Shown here: positions 29,653-39,464 of the stretch, piece by piece
Layout: each line of letters starts with the position of its first letter
Position numbering within the stretch: the first letter of the stretch is position 1
NCBI GenBank assembly: GCA_030586555.1
Contig: JAURAC010000020.1
Coordinates: forward strand, 17,560 to 62,862
DNA from: Candidatus Subterrananammoxibius californiae
GTDB lineage: Bacteria > Planctomycetota > Brocadiia > Brocadiales > Subterrananammoxibiaceae
DNA length: 45,303 nucleotides
Reading direction: 5' to 3'
The notes under the pieces: generated by a model
Databases searched by the model: none
Told to the model about the DNA's origin: nothing
What the model saw: the letters and a program-made list of their open reading frames with translations, nothing else
Translations under genes and position numbers: made by a program

Positions 29653-29752
29653 GTTTAATTTTGCAATTGTAACAAATTTGTTTAAAGGATGGAAGGATTA
29701 AATTAAGAAGAATGATGCCTTGCAATTTTTATAAGAAATGTTTACAATAAGC

Positions 29753-29870
29753 AAAAAAGCCCCTCACACCGAAGTATAAGAGGCTTCAAGGTCCCACCTT
29801 AAGCGGGTATCCTGCGAAGCTTATGCTTCTTATTGTAACAAGCAACGCAGGCATTTGTATGGTATAATAT
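29753..29870 (-). ncRNA. tracrRNA
   Basis: 22-nt perfect anti-repeat (29847-29868) plus GTTACAAT lower-stem partner for GTTGTGGC; downstream hairpins ending in T6; minus-strand TTGACT/TGn-TATAGT promoter at 29878-29905. Confidence 0.9.
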
Positions 29871-29971
29871 TGTTTTTACTATATCATAATTCACAAAAAA
29901 GTCAAGAAAAAAAACTTGTCCTGCCCTGAACTTGATTCAGGGTATTTCAGGATCCAAAAAGGAGGTGGAAA

Positions 29972-32900
29972 ATGGAAAATTTTACCCTCGGACTCGATAT
30001 AGGAACCAACAGCGTCGGCTGGGCGATTGTTGAATGTGATGACAATAAAAAACCTACGAGACTTATTGACCTTAACGCCAGAATTTTTCAAGAAATGGTG
30101 GAGGGGCCGGAATACAAACGTGTACCGAAAAACAAAAACCGTAGAGAAAAACGTGGAGCAAGAAGGTTGACTTCACGCTATAAAGAAAGGCGCACAAAAC
30201 TTGTTAAACTCCTAATCGAAAATGAATGCTTCCAAAGAGCATGGAGAATATGGAAGATTGGAAAAAAACCTTTAATAGTATCGGAGAGCCTTTTTCACTC
30301 AGGGCAAAGGGTCTTGACGAGCCGCTCACTCCGCATCAGTTTGGGCGGGTATTGATGCATCTTCTAAGACGCAGAGGCTATAGAAGCAACCGCGGGGCAA
30401 AATACATAGATTTGATGAAGCATCCAGAAGTCGTTAAACTATCCAAACCCGAATTAGAGGACGATGACACATCAGACGACGAAGACAAGAAGAAAGTCGA
30501 TGAGCGTAAAAAAGTCCTGATGGGAATCTCTCAGTTACAAAAAGAAATGGAAAAATGCCAAACCTTGGGAGAATTTATTTACAAAACCTGTCGTAACCAA
30601 AATCATGAGCCGCGGCGTATTACACAACTGGAATTTAACGACATCACCCTATATGCTAATCGCAAGATGTACGAAGATGAGTTTAATGCCCTATGGGACA
30701 AACAGAAAAATTATCTTCCGTTAACCGATGTGCTTAAGGTTCAAATTCATGAAGCTATTTTCTTCCAACGTCCGTTGCAAATCCAAAAAAATCTGGTGGG
30801 AAAATGTTCGTTCGAGCAGTCTCGGAAGCGGGCAGCAAAAGCACTGCCTGAAGCCCAGGAATTCAGGATGCTGCAGGAACTAAACGACCTTAACGTTACA
30901 CTGCCAAATGATACACCTAATTCTTTAACACAGGAACAGCGGAATAAACTTGTTGAGGAACTCAACAATCCGGAAAAATTAAATGATAAGGGACTCCTTA
31001 CTTGGTCTGAGGTCAAAAATTTGCTTGGATTGGGGAAAAAGGTCAAATTCAATCTGCAAGAGACAGCAAAAAATGGGCTTTCTGGCAACAAAACTAACCT
31101 TGCTTTATCTAAAGCAATTCCTGAACATTGGAGCAAGTTCAGCCCTCAAGATAAACATGCCTTGATAGAAGATTTACTTACTATCCAGGATAAAAAGGCG
31201 TTGTTCGAACGCCTGATTAATCAGCACAACCGTAAAGGCAACCGATGGACATTCAGCAGCGAAGAAGCTTATACTCTTGCCACACTTGAATTGGAGAAAG
31301 GATATGTTAAACATTGTCTTAAAGTCATCAATAAGCTTTTACCCGATATGCGCAAGGGAATGAATTATCACGATGCTTGCCAGAAAACTGGATATTTAAG
31401 GAAAGACCAAATCCCAATTATACAAACACCAGAACTTCCCTCTCCGCCTTATGTAGCAAACCCAATCGTCCAGAAAGCCTTATATGAGACACGCCGAGTG
31501 GTGAATACTATTTTGAAGGTTTATGGCAGACCGAATTCTATCCGTATAGAGTTAGCCAGGGAAATGAAGGCATCCAAGAAACACCGAGAAAAAATCCAGA
31601 AAGAACAAACAAAAAACAAAGAACGGAACGAGGAGGCTAAAAATGAGATTCTCAAGTACCAGAATAGTGTAAGTGGTGAAGATATTGGTAAAGATATTAT
31701 CAAATATAAGCTTTGGAAAGAGCAGGATGAGCAATGTGCTTACAGCGGTAAACATATCCATCCTCCTACGCTTTTTTCAGAATCAGGAGAGGTTGAAGTG
31801 GACCATATCTTTCCGTTAAGCCGCTCGCATGATAATTCTTATTTGAACAAAGTGCTCTGCCTTAAATCTGAGAATGATGAAAAAGATAATCGGACGCCTT
31901 TTGAAGCGTGGGGTGGAACTGAAAAGTATCAAAATATTTTGAGACGGTTTGAAAAGTTAAAAATTGACCAAAGAAAACTCAAGAAAATCAGGGAAACCTA
32001 CTTTAATGCCGATGACTTTGTGGCTGCTCAACTGAACGACGCCCGATACATTTCCGTTACGGCTAAAAATTATCTGGAGCAGTTAGGCATTCCAGTGCAA
32101 GTTACAACTGGACGAGCAACAGCGGAAATCAGGAGGCTCTTAGGATTAAACAACATACTGCCAAAGAGGCACCAACTTGCCGCAGAATCTAATGAAAATG
32201 ATGTGGAAGGTGATAATGAAGAAGTTAAAAAGTCCAGCACGGCAAAAAAGCGGGATGACCATCGTCACCATGCCATAGACGCACTCATTACTGCCTTGAC
32301 CGACAAGCCATTATTTGACGAACTCACCAAACGTTACCGCCATAAGGAGAAAACCGGAAAATGGCCCGATGAGAAACTTGAAAAATTCTGGGGTTGGGAT
32401 AATTTGCGAGAGGCTGTCAAGGAGACCTTGATAAAATCCGTTGTGTCTCATACTGTAAACCGTAAAATTTGGAGCGCACTGCACAAAGAAATGCCTTTCG
32501 GCAAGAGGACGTATTATCTGGAAGGAATCCCACATCAATACTATGTAAAGCGAATACCTGTAAAGGAAGCGCTGAAATATACCGAAAATAATCCTAGTAA
32601 AAAGACATGGATTGTGGATCAGGTTGTCCGTAATGTTCTAACTGAATGGAAAGCCAGCAATAATCCTGCTGATGTGGGAAAAAATCCGCCAAAAATGCCG
32701 AACAAGAAATATCCTGAGCCATGTGCCCATGCACTTAATGCTTTAAATCCAATTAAATCAGTAAGGGTTGCAAAAACATTCAGCCCCAGTTCAATTCGAT
32801 GTATCGGCAAAGAAGAAACCCAATTTTTTGAACTGGGAAGCAATCATCATGTGGTTATATTCAGGAATAAAGAAACCGGAGAAAGAGACGGAAGGGTTGT

Positions 32901-33267
32901 AAGCATGCTGGAGGCGGCTTCACGGGTGAGAAAGCCTCCTATTATCAGGACACAATATCCTGAGTTTGACCCTAATGATTGGGAGTTTGAGATGTTTTTG
33001 TGCGCCAATGATATGGTGGAATGGGATATTGAAGATCCCAAATGGCAGGAGAAACAGAAGGAAGAACATCAATCCTTGGGACTCCCCGTATATCGCGTTC
33101 AAAAAATTTCTCAAGGAAAATCTGGTATTACAATCACTTTCCGCCATCACTCAGTAACTGCAACGGAAGATAAAGATAATTGGGGCGTGCTTCGCGCATC
33201 CCCAAGTACCATCAGGTGTAAGAAAATAATAATGGATGCCTTAGGAAAATATACCATTGAAAAATGA
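29972..33267 (+). pseudogene. cas9: Type II-C Cas9 (about 1098 aa if repaired) with 1-nt frameshift near 30224-30226
   Basis: RuvC-I GLDIGTNSVGWA and Arg-rich bridge helix in ORF 29972; IELARE, HNH VDHIFP..N..N and HHAIDA in ORF 30226; adding one A at aatgaatgc joins the frames. Confidence 0.9.
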
Positions 33268-34322
33268 TTAAGCGAACTATAGAAATCAGTAACCCGGCGC
33301 GGCTGAGCCTGAAAAACCAGCAAATGGTGGTTGAGCGTGAAGGGTTTGAACCTGAAACGGTCCCCATTGAGGATATGGGCGTCCTTATCTTAAACCACCC
33401 TGCCATCAGCTACACCCAGGGACTGCTCATCGCATGTTCTGAAAATAACGTGGCGATGATACTATGCGATAGGAAACATCTCCCCTGCGCTATAGTTTTA
33501 CCGCTTGAAAGCAACAACCTGCACACAAGAACCATCGCCGAGCAGATTAAAATCACAGAACCCACACGAAAGCGCCTTTGGCAAGTTATTATTCAGGCTA
33601 AAATCCGAGCACAGGCGCAGGTCCTCCAACTCGCAACCGGGGATAATCGTCCCCTTCCCGCTTATGCCAAAAAGGTCAGGAGCGGCGACCCTGAAAACAT
33701 CGAGGCGCAGGCGGCATACATCTACTGGCTAAAGCTCTTTGGACATACCTTCCGCCGAGACCCCAACGGCTCTGGAATTAACAGTCTCCTAAATTATGGC
33801 TATGCGGTGATGCGCTCTGCGGTGGCTCGGGCAATAGTAAGTACTGGTTTGCATCCTTCCCTGGGGCTGCACCACCATAACCAGTATAACAGCTTCTGCC
33901 TTGCAGACGACCTCATAGAACCACTTCGCCCCGTGGTTGACCTTAAGGTGTATATGCTATGCAAAACACCGATGGTTAATCCAACCCCACCTTCCACATT
34001 TTCCCCTCTTGAAAGAGGGGACGGGGGTGTGTTCACTATTAATGGAAAGTTGGTATATACATTACGTAAATCCACCTCAAATGGACAGGATGCTACTGAA
34101 CTGACGACTGGTATTAAACGCTCACTGCTTGAAATCCTGAGTCAAACCTGTATCGTTAGCGGAAGAAGCCTTCCATTAATGACAGCGCTGCACTATTACG
34201 CCTCCAGTGTCCGAGAGGCAATCTGCGGTGAAGAAAAACAGGTGGAGATACCTGTCATGCCTGAGGCACCCTCCAGAGGCGGGTGTCCACCATTATTTGG
34301 GCGGACAGATTCGCTGAGGTGA
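33264..34322 (+). CDS. cas1: Type II CRISPR-associated Cas1
   Basis: NIEAQAA, INSLLNYGYAVMR, GLHH..N..LADDLIEPLRP; overlaps cas9 stop. Confidence 0.95.
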   Translation: MIKRTIEISNPARLSLKNQQMVVEREGFEPETVPIEDMGVLILNHPAISYTQGLLIACSENNVAMILCDRKHLPCAIVLPLESNNLHTRTIAEQIKITEPTRKRLWQVIIQAKIRAQAQVLQLATGDNRPLPAYAKKVRSGDPENIEAQAAYIYWLKLFGHTFRRDPNGSGINSLLNYGYAVMRSAVARAIVSTGLHPSLGLHHHNQYNSFCLADDLIEPLRPVVDLKVYMLCKTPMVNPTPPSTFSPLERGDGGVFTINGKLVYTLRKSTSNGQDATELTTGIKRSLLEILSQTCIVSGRSLPLMTALHYYASSVREAICGEEKQVEIPVMPEAPSRGGCPPLFGRTDSLR

Positions 34323-34327
34323 AAATT

Positions 34328-34657
34328 ATGAGCTTTGGAGGATTCCGTAGTATGTGGCTAATCGCCATGTTTGACTTGCCTGTAGATACAAAAAAAGCGC
34401 GTAAAGCCTATACCGATTTCCGAAAGGCATTACTGAATGATGGCTTTACTATGCTGCAATTCTCCGTTTATGCCCGTCATACACCGAGTGAGGAAAATGC
34501 CATTGTTCACGAGAACCGGGCAAGATTGGCTCTGCCGGATGATGGGGAAGTGAGGCTGTTAACAATCACGGATAAGCAGTTTGAGCGTATGAAGGTCTTT
34601 CATGGAAAACTACGCAAGGCAACAGAAAAAGCGCCCGAACAACTCAGTTTTTTCTGA
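34328..34657 (+). CDS. cas2: Type II CRISPR-associated Cas2
   Basis: MWLIAMFDLPV, FRKALLNDGFTMLQFSVYAR, ITDKQFERM. Confidence 0.95.
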   Translation: MSFGGFRSMWLIAMFDLPVDTKKARKAYTDFRKALLNDGFTMLQFSVYARHTPSEENAIVHENRARLALPDDGEVRLLTITDKQFERMKVFHGKLRKATEKAPEQLSFF

Positions 34658-34668
34658 GTTGTTCGGGC
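34633..34668. terminator. 15-bp perfect hairpin at cas2 stop, between the convergent cas and array transcripts
   Basis: gcccgaacaactcag-tttttt-ctgagttgttcgggc. Confidence 0.6.
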
Positions 34669-34705
34669 ATAACTACAGAGAAAAACAGTGTGTTACAGCA
34701 AAGAC

Positions 34706-34874
34706 ATTATACCATACAAATGCCTGCCCGCAAGCCACAACGAGACTAATTTTATTGGAGACAAAACAATAAATTATACCATACAAATGCCTGCCCGCAA
34801 GCCACAACGATGAAGCTAAATTATGACAAAAACAATTAATTATACCATACAAATGCCTGCCCGCAAGCCACAAC
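34706..34874 (-). CRISPR. CRISPR block 1: repeats R1-R3 (GTTGTGGCTTGCGGGCAGGCATTTGTATGGTATAAT), spacers 31 and 30 bp
   Basis: Identical 36-mers at 34706-41, 34773-808, 34839-74; strand inferred from tracrRNA complementarity. Confidence 0.97.
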
Positions 34875-35488
34875 AGGTTTGTACGGGTATCCATAAATGG
34901 TCTGACAGCTATCCCACTTCCTGCAACAGTATCAAAATAAGTACTGGTGTATTGTGAGACCCGTAGACCTCCAAATACATAGGTGTCAATAGCACCTATC
35001 TGTTGTTCGTACTTTGCGCCATCAAAAAGAATGGTTTCAACAGAGTATTGATACTGCCGTCCGAGACGTAAGTTGGATTTATCAATAACCGGATTCTTGA
35101 TATCTGCGTATAAATAGTAAATACGCCCGTTGTAACTGCGGTCATAAGAGTCGAGGATGTCTCTAAATGCACTATTTTCAGGCTCATGTCCATCGAGGTC
35201 TTCCGATAATCTTCCAGAACCGGCTATGGTTACTCTATTATGAAAAAAATCTTTTGTGCTAAAATTGAGATATTCGTACATATCGTGGTCATCCTGTCCA
35301 TCCGCCCAACGACCTTGATATTGGGTTCGAAAATTACCGGAAACGAAATTGTTATAGGTAAGGTTACTTGATCCCGTGAAATCTGTTATGGTATTATTGG
35401 TACTGTACGCTTGGGCTAGAAGCGTGGAAGAAAGCAATAGGATAATTATGGAAGGAATGAATAATATTTTAGATATGCATGGATTCAT
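34875..35488 (-). pseudogene. 5' fragment (about 204 codons) of a secreted/outer-membrane beta-barrel-like gene, truncated at repeat R3
   Basis: Signal peptide, LRLGRQY..FDGAKY beta-strand pattern; ORF reads straight into the repeats (LWLAGRHLYGII twice). Confidence 0.65.
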
Positions 35489-35711
35489 GAATTACAGACC
35501 ATACTGAATTAGAGTTTATCCGTAAATAAATAGCGATTTTACAGAGGGTAACTGAACTTACTCAGTTTATTAAAAACATTTTACACTAATTCCTGTTTCA
35601 GCGATACCAGGATATTTCTTTAGCGCGTTCTTTAACTTATGTTCCTTGTGCCAGGCATTTAGGCAGGGAATGATGAAGACACTGACCATCGCCATACTAC
35701 CGACAGTCATT

Positions 35712-35743
35712 TGTTGGGTTTCACTTTGTTCACCCCAACCTAC
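35712..35743. repeat. GTAG REP-like palindrome inside giant spacer 1
   Basis: Minus strand GTAGGTTGGGGTGAACAAAGTGAAACCCAAC. Confidence 0.6.
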
Positions 35744-35843
35744 ACCTATAAAATGTAGTCTCAACTATTATAATTGGAGTTACCGCCTTTAAATAGCAGT
35801 CATTCTACTTTTCGAATCTGCAGTAAGACGCATTTGTTAATGA

Positions 35844-37121
35844 TTATTCAGCTACACGCCAAGCTACAGTGCCTTCTGGTTGTTGGTACCAGCCTGGGTC
35901 ATCGTAGCAGGTGATACCATCGCGGACCTTTAACACGGTAAACATCCCGCCCATCTCAAGGGGACCAAACGGTCCTTTTCCTGTCATCATAGGGAGGGTA
36001 TTTCTTGGCAAGGGCATGTTCATCGCTGCCATTTCAGACATCCCACTCTCGCCCATAGCCATATAATCAGGTAACAGATTCTGTACTTTCCGATCCACTC
36101 CGCTCTGTTTTACTCCTATCATGTTTGGCACGGTATGGCTCATGGCGTTCATGACGTGATGGTTCTTGTGGCAGTGTAAAGCCCAGTCTCCTGGCACGCT
36201 GGCTACGAATTCTACGTCACGCGTAGTACCCGGTGGAACGTTAACCGTAGTTTCAGGCCATTGACCAGAGGCTGGAATGCGCCCTCCATCCGTACCGGTA
36301 ATCTTAAAATTATAGCCGTGCAGGTGGATCGGGTGCGAGTCCATGCTCAGGTTGGCAATACGAATACGGACACGATCCCCCAGGCGGGCTATCAACGGCG
36401 CCGTGCCAGGGAATACACGACTGTTGAACGTAAAAAGGTTAAAGTCGGTCATGATGTTTGGATTCGGAGTACTTGTGCCTGGTTCGACAAACCATTCTTG
36501 AAGAAAGATACAGAAGTCCCGGTCGATCCTCGGCTGCTCCGGCTCCTTTGGGTGTATGATGAAAAAGCCCTCCATTCCCATTGCCATCTGCACCATCTCG
36601 TCCGCATGCGGGTGATACATCTGCGTACCGTGCTGACAGAGCGGAAATTCATAGACATAGGTCTCGCCCGGTTTGATTTGCGGCTGGTTCAATCCCCCGA
36701 CACCGTCCATGCCATTGGGCAGGAGCACACCGTGCCAGTGGATCGTGGTATGCTCAGCGAGCTTGTTGGTGACTAAGAGGCGCACACGGTCACCTTCCAC
36801 CGCTTCGATGGTAGGGCCTGGCGTCTGGCCGTTATAACCCCAGCAGTTGACGATCATTCCTGGCGCAAACTCCCGCTTGACCGGCTCGGCGATCAAGTGA
36901 AATACTTTAACGCCATTGTCCCACTTCCAGGGGAGGGTGCTCCCATTGAGTGTAGTTACCGGTGTATAGGACAAACCTTGTATGGGTGGCATGATAGGGG
37001 TGGTTGGTGCTGTGGTCGCTGTGTTTACAGCTTCCAGCTGCTTGCGACCTAACAGCATCGAAATACCGCCAGTTAGCAATGCCGCTGCGCTGGAAAGAAG
37101 CATTTTCCGTCGAGTAATCAT
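35844..37121 (-). CDS. Tat-exported multicopper oxidase (copper resistance)
   Basis: TRRKML, HWHG, YHPH, HPIHLHG, HCHKNHH..M; Met-rich C-terminus. Confidence 0.92.
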   Translation of the reverse strand: MITRRKMLLSSAAALLTGGISMLLGRKQLEAVNTATTAPTTPIMPPIQGLSYTPVTTLNGSTLPWKWDNGVKVFHLIAEPVKREFAPGMIVNCWGYNGQTPGPTIEAVEGDRVRLLVTNKLAEHTTIHWHGVLLPNGMDGVGGLNQPQIKPGETYVYEFPLCQHGTQMYHPHADEMVQMAMGMEGFFIIHPKEPEQPRIDRDFCIFLQEWFVEPGTSTPNPNIMTDFNLFTFNSRVFPGTAPLIARLGDRVRIRIANLSMDSHPIHLHGYNFKITGTDGGRIPASGQWPETTVNVPPGTTRDVEFVASVPGDWALHCHKNHHVMNAMSHTVPNMIGVKQSGVDRKVQNLLPDYMAMGESGMSEMAAMNMPLPRNTLPMMTGKGPFGPLEMGGMFTVLKVRDGITCYDDPGWYQQPEGTVAWRVAE

Positions 37122-37132
37122 GATTAATCTCC

Positions 37133-38593
37133 TTACTGATGATTATGTTTAGGGAGTTCAGATGCTTGAGTAGCTGGTTGTTCCGTCGGTTGTGCGGGCG
37201 GCTGGGTAGTTTCCTCAGTGACTATCAAGCGGCCTCCAACGGCACGCTCCAGGTCAGACTCGGCAATCCAGTAATCCCTCAAAGTTTCGATGTATTCACG
37301 ACCTGCGTTGATCTGGTTTTGCTTCGCCAAGAGCAACTCATACACCCCAATAAGCATGCCGTTGTAATACAGTTGGGATTCATCCACGATCCGCTTTCGA
37401 AGGGGAAGAACAACGTCGTAATAGTATTTGACCACGTTGCGGGCAGCCAAAAGCCTGTCACGTATCTCACGTATTTCCGAGCGTATATCGATTGCCAGAG
37501 ATGAGAGCCGCTGCTGGCTTTGCCTCAATTGTGCCTCCAACCGTGCGATCTCAGCCTGACGTTGGTCGAAGATAGGTAATTCAATAGTTACGTTAGGTCC
37601 CGTAAGATTTACGTTATCGGCAACGTCATGTTCTGTATCCACACCGACGTCAAATACGTAAAAATACCGATATTTCCGCGTCAATGACAAGGCATGAGAG
37701 ATGACCAGCGTCTCCTGTCGTGCGGCGGCTAAATCCAAGCGTTGTGACACGGCGAGCGACTCCAGATGTTCTAAAGGGATTTCATCTGCTGATAGCTCAG
37801 GAAGTCTGCCAGGGAGTTTCCACATCGTATCTGCTCCCCAAAGTCCCATCAGTCGATTCAGACGCTCACGGTCAACAACGATCTGGATATCTGTTCTTGT
37901 CATGTCTAATTTCGCCTGGTCATGGAATCCCTGTTGATTTACAAGATCTAACGTTTTTAAAGTGCCGGCATCGTGTTGACGGGTAGCAATGTCAACTGCT
38001 GCTTCCGTAGCCTGAGCTATAGTCCGGCGCATCTCTAACGTTTGCTCATCTGCTTGAAGGGTGTAATAAGTTGACCGTACTTCTGCTGCAAGGTTCAAAA
38101 TTGTGTTACCAACACGCAGCTTCGCTTGTTCAAACTGCGCTGCAGCCACTTTTTTCCGTAAAGGACGCACAAGTAAATCAAGAAAATCCTGAACCACTGA
38201 AAACTCTGTGTTGGTACTGCGATGCCCTCCCACGGTCTTATCCGGGAAACGGAAACTGGCTCCAAAGAGAGGGTTCCGCAACAAACCCGCCTGTACAAGG
38301 TCTGCCTGAGTTACACCAAGTTCTTCATATGTTGCCTGCAAGGATCGGTTGTTGAGCAATGCAATCTGTACGGCTTCGTCTATGGTCAGTTCCTGTTGTA
38401 ACATTGACCGGACGGCATCGACCACCGTCGCATCCTCAGAGGTGCCCTGATTCCAATGCACTCGACTACCCATGCGCTGTTCTACGAGCTTCTGGACGTC
38501 AGGAAATCCAGCCTCTTTGGGAATCGAAGCGCAGCCAGTAAGTACTCCAATACATGTAATCATTACCAATGTGGCTACTGATCTATACATCAT
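37133..38593 (-). CDS. TolC-family outer-membrane lipoprotein (copper-resistance associated)
   Basis: LTGC lipobox, AVQIALLNN, ELPIFD, DLERAVGG. Confidence 0.88.
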   Translation of the reverse strand: MMYRSVATLVMITCIGVLTGCASIPKEAGFPDVQKLVEQRMGSRVHWNQGTSEDATVVDAVRSMLQQELTIDEAVQIALLNNRSLQATYEELGVTQADLVQAGLLRNPLFGASFRFPDKTVGGHRSTNTEFSVVQDFLDLLVRPLRKKVAAAQFEQAKLRVGNTILNLAAEVRSTYYTLQADEQTLEMRRTIAQATEAAVDIATRQHDAGTLKTLDLVNQQGFHDQAKLDMTRTDIQIVVDRERLNRLMGLWGADTMWKLPGRLPELSADEIPLEHLESLAVSQRLDLAAARQETLVISHALSLTRKYRYFYVFDVGVDTEHDVADNVNLTGPNVTIELPIFDQRQAEIARLEAQLRQSQQRLSSLAIDIRSEIREIRDRLLAARNVVKYYYDVVLPLRKRIVDESQLYYNGMLIGVYELLLAKQNQINAGREYIETLRDYWIAESDLERAVGGRLIVTEETTQPPAQPTEQPATQASELPKHNHQ

Positions 38594-38946
38594 TGCCTAC
38601 CCTCCGGTTCGGTCTTGGAAAGTTCTGCCGGAACTAGTCTCATCCCACACTTAGAGCATCTGCCCAAGCTTGATTGTACTATTTCGGGATGCATCGGGCA
38701 GGTATAAATTATTGTTGGTGGCGTTATGGGTGGATATGCAGGCGACGTTGGTTCGGCAACTGGTTGTTCTGCTGTGACAGGCATCTCTGATTGAAGCAAA
38801 TTCGGCCGTGGAGAAAACGCAGATTCCGAGGCGTTCGGATTTGCCGGGTCGTTGGTAGATATAGGTAGTTGCAGTGTTTGGCTAGCACAACCCGTCAAGA
38901 TTGTTACACACATAACAGTCGTTACTATCCGTGCTATCATTGTCAT
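38590..38946 (-). CDS. Lipoprotein with heavy-metal-binding domain
   Basis: LTGC lipobox; YTCPMHPEI...GRCSKCGMRL; overlaps the TolC gene start. Confidence 0.85.
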   Translation of the reverse strand: MTMIARIVTTVMCVTILTGCASQTLQLPISTNDPANPNASESAFSPRPNLLQSEMPVTAEQPVAEPTSPAYPPITPPTIIYTCPMHPEIVQSSLGRCSKCGMRLVPAELSKTEPEGRQ

Positions 38947-39061
38947 TCCCTCCTTTAAAAGATGGCAGGATTACTACTCAGAAATGGGAAAAACGAATTT
39001 GATAAATTTCATATTTTTACCGGCAAAATCTTAAAATGTTTTGTCTAAACGTATTGTTAGT

Positions 39062-39097
39062 ATTATACCACACAAATGCCTGCCCGCAAGCCACAAC
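39062..39097 (-). CRISPR. Isolated CRISPR repeat R4 between two kb-scale inserts
   Basis: 35/36 identity to R1-R3, same orientation. Confidence 0.95.
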
Positions 39098-39214
39098 GAA
39101 GGTAGCTCCTTCGTCTAAAATGCGTTTGTAATACTTGCCACGAACAGCTTTTGAATAGTCAAAGTTGTATTCGGGGCGTAATTCATCACCAATTTTTTTT
39201 GCTTTAGCCTTCAT
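39098..39214 (-). pseudogene. 5' fragment (39 codons) of a BrnA-like antitoxin gene, truncated at R4
   Basis: MKAKAKKIGDELRPEYNFDYSKAVRGKYYKR resembles the remembered DELRPEYDF..RGKY antitoxin N-terminus; the C-terminal half is replaced by repeat sequence. Confidence 0.6.
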
Positions 39215-39220
39215 GTCGTT

Positions 39221-39335
39221 TCCTAATGAGGGTGCGAGGTAAGCGGCACCATTTGGGCGCGGTGAATGCGTAAGCATTCATCCGTGACAAACGGCGAAGC
39301 CGTGAAGCGGTGTCCGCCTAAATGAGGTATTATTT
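39221..39335 (-). mobile_element. Degenerate integron attC-like site
   Basis: Minus strand AAATAAT-ACCTCATTTAGGCGGACACCGC...GGTGCCGCTTACCTC...ATTAGGA: imperfect hairpin with extrahelical base and cores mutated from TAAC/GTTA; ends 6 nt before the antitoxin ATG. Confidence 0.55.
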
Positions 39336-39464
39336 TATGGCTATTTATAAAGTTCACGTTGTAAATACATAGAAGTAAACGTATTATGTCAACAAAACAA
39401 GAAAAGCCATGAGGGTCAGACCTTCAGATTTCAATAACCATTTTGTTTTTGTAGTACTAACACT

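Noticed and set aside
29972..30355. Naturally split two-gene Cas9
   Set aside because: The ORFs overlap out of frame and one added base fuses them; a frameshift is more parsimonious
34673..35488. 271-aa ORF as a genuine protein with a repeated C-terminal motif
   Set aside because: The last ~67 codons are translated CRISPR repeats and spacers; treated as a truncated gene
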